From positions 338 to 64,337 of IMG/VR virus record IMGVR_UViG_3300029305_003340: a DNA stretch of 64,000 nt. The stretch is one strand, 5' to 3'. The stretch comes from a virus. Position numbers and translations under genes: made by a program. The notes beneath the pieces were generated by a model. It was not told the origin of the DNA. It did no database searches and was given only the letters and a program-made list of their open reading frames with translations. Shown piece after piece: positions 58,960-64,000 of the stretch; position 1 is the first letter of the stretch; every line of letters begins with the position of its first letter.

Positions 58960-59541
58960 TTATTTTCCAGTGCTTACTACATTATATTTAGGAGCAGTTC
59001 TGCGTTCTGGGGTCGCGGGTTCCGCACTTTCAATAGGAACTCTACGCCCTGGTGCCACAGGAGTGATCTTTCCGGATTCTTCGTCCTCTTTCTTCTCAGC
59101 ACGTAAATTCTCTCTTGCTTTAATAACATCAAAGCCAGTCTTCTCTTTAAGAGCCTCAATCTTTTGAGTATTTTCAAGAGGAACTTCAATTGCATACTTT
59201 TTAACTAAATCAACAACTCCACGAGGAGCAAAATCAAGGCAATCAAGGAAACTATCAACAGATCCAGTCTTAATTAAATTAATAATCTCTTGCTCGCTCA
59301 TGTTGTATTCAGGTTCAGTATGAATACCTAATTCATCAGTTGCCTGCTGAGATTTAATTTGTAAGAACTGACTCATCATTGCACGGCCACCAGGCTGGAA
59401 TGAGAGTTTCTCGAGCTCCGCAAATGAAATCTTTTTACTCTCACCGGGCTGGAATTCTCTACGGATTCCCTCTTCTGGAATTACATAACATACTCTGCTA
59501 GAACTTCTATTTCTAACAATATAAATATTTTTTTCATCCAT
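58960..59541 (-). CDS. hypothetical protein after the major capsid gene, TAG-free
   Basis: ATG 59541 after AAAGGAG; 193 aa. Confidence 0.7.
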   Translation of the reverse strand: MDEKNIYIVRNRSSSRVCYVIPEEGIRREFQPGESKKISFAELEKLSFQPGGRAMMSQFLQIKSQQATDELGIHTEPEYNMSEQEIINLIKTGSVDSFLDCLDFAPRGVVDLVKKYAIEVPLENTQKIEALKEKTGFDVIKARENLRAEKKEDEESGKITPVAPGRRVPIESAEPATPERRTAPKYNVVSTGK

Positions 59542-59563
59542 ATTATATTTTCTCCTTTTACAC

Positions 59564-59609
59564 AAAAAAATTAAGGGGAGCAGGGAATACTCCCTTTCTC
59601 CCCTTAATT
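59564..59609 (-). terminator. intrinsic terminator after the major capsid gene
   Basis: AATTAAGGGGAG...CTCCCCTTAATT stem with inner AGGGA/TCCCT and a T tract. Confidence 0.8.
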
Positions 59610-59635
59610 ATAACATATATTTAAAAAATTGTCAA
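59607..59635 (-). promoter_or_regulatory. consensus sigma-A promoter with extended -10
   Basis: TTGACA(59635-30)-17-TGtTATAAT(-10 at 59612-07). Confidence 0.85.
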
Positions 59636-60721
59636 TTATTCTCCGACAACGACCTTGTTCTGAACAGTATCCTGTAAGAACCAAGTATCCATCTGACCCA
59701 TAAGAGAAGTGTCGCAATAAGCACAAATGTTATTAGCGAGCATTGCAACAACGCCGACCTTCTTATAGACCTGGATTTCACGGCTGCGGTCTTTGTTAAC
59801 ATATTCGTCAACAATAGTAGCACCCTCGAAAGCAATTTTAACAGGCTTGCTATCAGCACCAGTAGGAATAATCCATGCGTAACCAGGATCGATTACCTTA
59901 CGCTCATTGGTTTCATCCTCGAAGCCCTGCTCAAGAATAACAACTCTGCGTCCCTTATAGGACTGAAGACGACCATTCTGCCAAAGCTCTTCCTTCATAC
60001 GCTCGGTGTATCTCCAAGCTTCCTGAGGAATCATCTTAACAGCAAACTCGTAAGTGCAGTAGATAGTAGGATCACCATAAGCAGCTGCGATAGTTAAGAG
60101 ACGATCAAATTCTTTCTCGTCGAAGCCATTAACAGCAACATAGTTTGCGGGAGGAAGCTGATATACAGATGCCTTAAGAGCAGCTGCAACCTCTTTATAA
60201 ATGAGGTCGTCCATACCTTCCATAACAATAGCAGTAACTTCTGCGAAGTCAACGCGACCATCAAGGAACTCTTCGAAGCCGATCTGAGCAGCTCCGCCGA
60301 TAGCGCTGGTGCGGACTTCGAAGCTCTCTTCTTGCTTACCAAGTTTGAAGACTTCATAAATACCAGCAAGGCCAACGCGAGTGATGAACTGCTTTGCACG
60401 AGTGCGAGAGTTGAGATTTCTGCGGAAGATGGGCTTATCACCCTGTGCGAAAGTCCTAACTTCAGCAAACTGGTCATACTGCTCAATGACTCTCTTAGGA
60501 AGAATATCATCAAGAGTCTCTTCAATAACAGCAAAAATTAAATTCTTATTATCACGGTAGTCAGCATAAGTGCCGGCATACTCATTGAACTCATTACGTA
60601 GGGTTTCATTTAACTGATCGTAGCTATAATTTTCTCCGTTCCAGCTATAAGCAACAGGAGAAGAAGGGTTGGCCTTTGCAACAACCTTAGCTAATGCGAC
60701 TAAATCTTTCTTATTTAACAT
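59636..60721 (-). CDS. major capsid protein, TAG-free
   Basis: 361 aa, follows protease/scaffold and decoration genes, followed by a terminator; strongly biased codons; QFAEVRTFAQGDKP, QIGFEEFLDGRVDF. Confidence 0.8.
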   Translation of the reverse strand: MLNKKDLVALAKVVAKANPSSPVAYSWNGENYSYDQLNETLRNEFNEYAGTYADYRDNKNLIFAVIEETLDDILPKRVIEQYDQFAEVRTFAQGDKPIFRRNLNSRTRAKQFITRVGLAGIYEVFKLGKQEESFEVRTSAIGGAAQIGFEEFLDGRVDFAEVTAIVMEGMDDLIYKEVAAALKASVYQLPPANYVAVNGFDEKEFDRLLTIAAAYGDPTIYCTYEFAVKMIPQEAWRYTERMKEELWQNGRLQSYKGRRVVILEQGFEDETNERKVIDPGYAWIIPTGADSKPVKIAFEGATIVDEYVNKDRSREIQVYKKVGVVAMLANNICAYCDTSLMGQMDTWFLQDTVQNKVVVGE

Positions 60722-60742
60722 TATACTTCTCTCCTTTCCTTA

Positions 60743-61480
60743 TTATGAAATACGCATAATCTTAACTGCCTTCTGGCGGTCAGGAAGATTATAAACTTTA
60801 ACAACTTGCCAGCCCATAGAGCCGTCACCCTGCTTAGAAAGAATACCATCTTCTGCACGTGGGCTAAGAACATCTTCAAGAGCAAGCTCAGTTTCCATAA
60901 CCATATTAGTGGTGAAAATATCGCCAACATTGGTCTTAAATACACGAGGAACCATAGTGGTGCCTTCTGGCATCATCTTTTCCTTGGTGCGTCCTTCAAA
61001 GTGGAAAGGATCTTCGTTATAGTGAAGTTCATACATATCAGGACCAGCAGTGAGCTTCTCAAAAGTGACCTCTTCTGCATCTTCACCCTGACCAGGAGCT
61101 TTTCCGCCATAGTAGCGAGACTGCTTATCCCAGTTAAGAGTGTCATGATCCAGAGGACTATAAACGCGAGCGTTATAATTGTCCTTAATCATTGCGAACT
61201 CAGCATCGATCTGGTGTTCACGATAAAGTTTAATTTCGTTGTAAACTAACATCCACTCGCCAGCGCCAGTGAAATTAACAAGGCCCTTTGCATAGTCATA
61301 CTTTACAAACTGGCCATTCTCAAGAACGTTGATTGCTGCATCGGCAGGAAGCTGTGCATAAATCTGAGCAGTTCTTTGAGCTGATAAATGATTGGGCTCA
61401 ACCTGACCATAGCCATACTCGACATATCCGCCTTTTTCAGCAGCAGCCTGGCTAAAGCCGACTAATCTATCTTTAAGCAT
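60743..61480 (-). CDS. capsid-associated/decoration protein (putative), TAG-free
   Basis: YGQVEPNHLSAQRTAQIYAQLP, LENGQFVKYD, GDIFTTN; directly upstream of the MCP. Confidence 0.6.
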   Translation of the reverse strand: MLKDRLVGFSQAAAEKGGYVEYGYGQVEPNHLSAQRTAQIYAQLPADAAINVLENGQFVKYDYAKGLVNFTGAGEWMLVYNEIKLYREHQIDAEFAMIKDNYNARVYSPLDHDTLNWDKQSRYYGGKAPGQGEDAEEVTFEKLTAGPDMYELHYNEDPFHFEGRTKEKMMPEGTTMVPRVFKTNVGDIFTTNMVMETELALEDVLSPRAEDGILSKQGDGSMGWQVVKVYNLPDRQKAVKIMRIS

Positions 61481-61497
61481 TTTATTTCCTCCTTAAA

Positions 61498-63048
61498 TTA
61501 TTTCTTATTCGCAACGTTTTGGATTGCCTTTACCCAAGCGGGAGTAGCATCATCGAGGCCACTATCGCCAAGGTTGTAAACAACAGGGGGAGCATCTTCG
61601 CCCTCACTGCCAGATTTATTATCAGTATCAAGGTCAAAGCTAACCTTGTTGCGAACACAAATCACAGATAGTTTTGCTTCAATATCATCAAGAGAATAAG
61701 TATCAATATTCTCAATGACTTCTTTTTTATCGTCGTTAGAAAGCATATAGAAGCTCTTAATCATCTCTTCTTTTTCTTTTCTTTCGACTTCAGTCTTGAA
61801 TTTAACGAGATTAGCATATTCAGTAGTCATAGTTTCATGGTCACTAACAAGCTCATTATATTTCTTTTCGAGCTCAGCATAAGAATTTTGAAGTTCGATA
61901 TATTCAACAACCTCTTCAAGATTGTATTTATCTTTCTTCTTCTTTTTCTTTTCATCCTCGTCTTCTTCTTCCTCACCTTCAGCTGGCTTTTTCTCACCAT
62001 CTTCGGCAGGTTTCTTTTCGCCTTCGGCGGGCTTTTCTTCTTTATCTTCCTCTTTTTTCTCTTCTTCTTTTTCTTCGTCTTTCTTCTTCTTAACATAGAA
62101 AGCTTCAATATCTTCAAGAGAGAACTGAGCTTCGCAATTGTAAGTTTCAGTGATATCAGTTAATTCCTCTGACATACTAAATTCTTCTTCGCTCATAGAG
62201 AAATTCACGCGATAGAACTTTTCATCGCTTAGATTTTGAAGAACAGCAAATTTCTGGTCTTCTTCCTCATAGACTCCATGTAAGCTATATTGAGCAGTAT
62301 CAACTTTCTCATATAAAGAAGTCCAGAGGGAATCACCAATTTCAACAGCATACTTTGAAAACACTGGTGTTCCTCCTTCGATTAGAATTTCTTTCATTTG
62401 CTCCATCATAGAGAACAATTCTTCTTTAAAGCTATCCTCTAATGTGAATTCAACATATTTATCAGCAATTCCGCCGCCTTCAAAACAAGGCTCATAAGCT
62501 TCACCTAAAATGCAAAGCTTTGACATTATTGCTTCATTAATAATGAAAAACTCCGGCTTTCCCTTACCATCTTTTGTCCAAAAGGCATTAATTAAATTTT
62601 TATCCAATTCCATAGAATGATTATTGCCCTTATCCACAACTCGTTTACATTCTGGATATTGGCCAGTCCAAAGATAACCCTCAGTCATCAGATACTCATG
62701 CTCATTAATGCCATCGTCTAAAAACTTCTAAAACCAAACCTTCGCTCCAAGATCAACAAAACCATAAGGTCTTGTTCCATCTTCAAAAATAAGTTTTCCA
62801 TTATCAAGTTTAATTATTCTATTGTGCTATTCAAAATCTTGAGTTTCTTGATTATAATAGCCAACAATAGGACTACCAGGAATACTATTAGCCAACTATC
62901 TTGCGACATCTTTAGTAATAATACTTCTGTTTCTATTAGGCTCATCACCTACATAACAAACTTTAATCTAACATTTAGAAATTAAAGGATTTATGGGGGT
63001 GATATTAATGAACTCAATAGGTGTATTCATCTTTACACTCGAATGCAT
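61498..63048 (-). CDS. prohead protease-scaffold fusion, 516 aa; 4 TAGs all in the N-terminal domain
   Basis: ATG 63048 after GAGGT; C*IKVCYVG..NRNRS, PIVGYY, DFE*H, PYGFV, HSMEL, LCILG...EPCFEG; acidic coiled-coil C-terminus. Confidence 0.75.
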
Positions 63049-63061
63049 ATATTATACCTCC

Positions 63062-64000
63062 TTACCCCATAGATTCTCTATTCTTAATTGTTTTATCGCT
63101 CTTCTCTGCATCTGGCTTTTCCGGACGGCCCGCACCTTTTTCAGTAGTGCCAGAAGAAGAACTTCCTGATGTTTTTTGAATATTGTTATTAGCAGATTGC
63201 TTTTTTGTGCCCAAAATATCTTCGCCATTTAAAGTAGAAGACATAAGAGGCGGAATCATAATTTCACTTAATTTAAGAATTTCATTCTCAAAGTAAGCAG
63301 TATTAATAATAGAACTTTGTGAATGTCCAAGAGCAATTTGAGGTAACATTTTAGAATAACCAATTTGAACTTGCTCTTTATACATCTTAGACAGCTCTTT
63401 ATAATTATATTGAGTAGTCTCTAACATATACAATCTAAAATTCCATTTTTTACGATTCGTATTTTTCGCTAATGTTATTTTATCAAAAAATATCGCAAAT
63501 TGCAACAGGAGATTTCGAACAGTCGATTCGTCGTCTAATATAGACTGGGTTAAAGAAAGATTACCGTCCGCATTAAAGATATTTCGAGAAACACCAAATG
63601 CATTATAAACAGTTCTTTCAACCTTTTCTAAATCATCTTGAGAAGCAGTAGTATTTTTATCAGATAAGTCAATAGATTGAACATCAGTAAATGTTGTTAA
63701 TACATCGACTCCAATAGCACGAGATAACATCTCAACGGCATTATTATGAATATCTCTTGCTTCATCAACATCAAATATTAAATCGCCATTCTTATCCATG
63801 GGAAGTTGCTGAACTAAAATCTTTAATAGCTTCTGCATTTGCTTGCGGCGATCAAGATCTTGAGCAGCATCAAGGTCAATTAATGCGGGAATAGCATTAA
63901 TAAAAATAGGAACATCGCTATTTCTAAAGTTAAATTTAACTGTGCTGGCGGGAGACAATAGATACCATCCATTGCTATCGCCTTGATAGTCAAGCTTTAA
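63062..64000 (-). CDS. portal protein (5' part outside the window)
   Basis: Frame open to the window edge; C-terminal PPLMSSTL...GAGRPEKPD; located upstream of protease and capsid. Confidence 0.7.
   Translation of the reverse strand, partial: LKLDYQGDSNGWYLLSPASTVKFNFRNSDVPIFINAIPALIDLDAAQDLDRRKQMQKLLKILVQQLPMDKNGDLIFDVDEARDIHNNAVEMLSRAIGVDVLTTFTDVQSIDLSDKNTTASQDDLEKVERTVYNAFGVSRNIFNADGNLSLTQSILDDESTVRNLLLQFAIFFDKITLAKNTNRKKWNFRLYMLETTQYNYKELSKMYKEQVQIGYSKMLPQIALGHSQSSIINTAYFENEILKLSEIMIPPLMSSTLNGEDILGTKKQSANNNIQKTSGSSSSGTTEKGAGRPEKPDAEKSDKTIKNRESMG

Noticed and set aside
455-62163. Many short antisense or alternate-frame ORFs in the track (e.g. 12478-12903 +, 54494-54907 -, 60094-60534 -, 60806-61249 +)
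   Set aside because: They shadow well-supported genes and lack RBSs or recognisable motifs.

Overview
This 64-kb window comes from a large, AT-rich tailed phage, probably a siphovirus of an anaerobic Bacillota/Clostridia host (inferred from strong AGGAGG RBSs, consensus sigma-A promoters with extended -10, and class III RNR). The ORF track is shattered because the phage uses an alternative genetic code: in-frame TAG is read as Gln (code 15). TAG occupies conserved Gln positions in NrdD and NrdG, and alternates with CAA/CAG in an internal tandem repeat. The genes reconstructed here end in TAA or TGA. With TAG=Q the window resolves into two convergent arms meeting at a bidirectional terminator near 11.37-11.40 kb. 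The + arm (1-11.4 kb) carries replication and nucleotide genes: RecD-like helicase, DnaE, guanylate kinase, NrdD/NrdG, dUTPase, RuvC-like resolvase and a holin-like gene. The - arm (64 to 11.4 kb) carries morphogenesis genes: portal, protease with nested scaffold, capsid, neck, tail tube, a 2857-aa tape measure, tail tip and many fibre/RBP genes, then a holin and a self-contained six-gene cassette of unknown function. Two promoter classes are visible. Consensus sigma-A promoters precede TAG-free genes, while a recurrent motif GGNCRA-N7-TAAT...YA precedes TAG-containing genes. No tRNA, CRISPR array, integrase or endolysin was recognised. Joined gene coordinates come from frame arithmetic and manual translation. 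Long genes were not read codon by codon.
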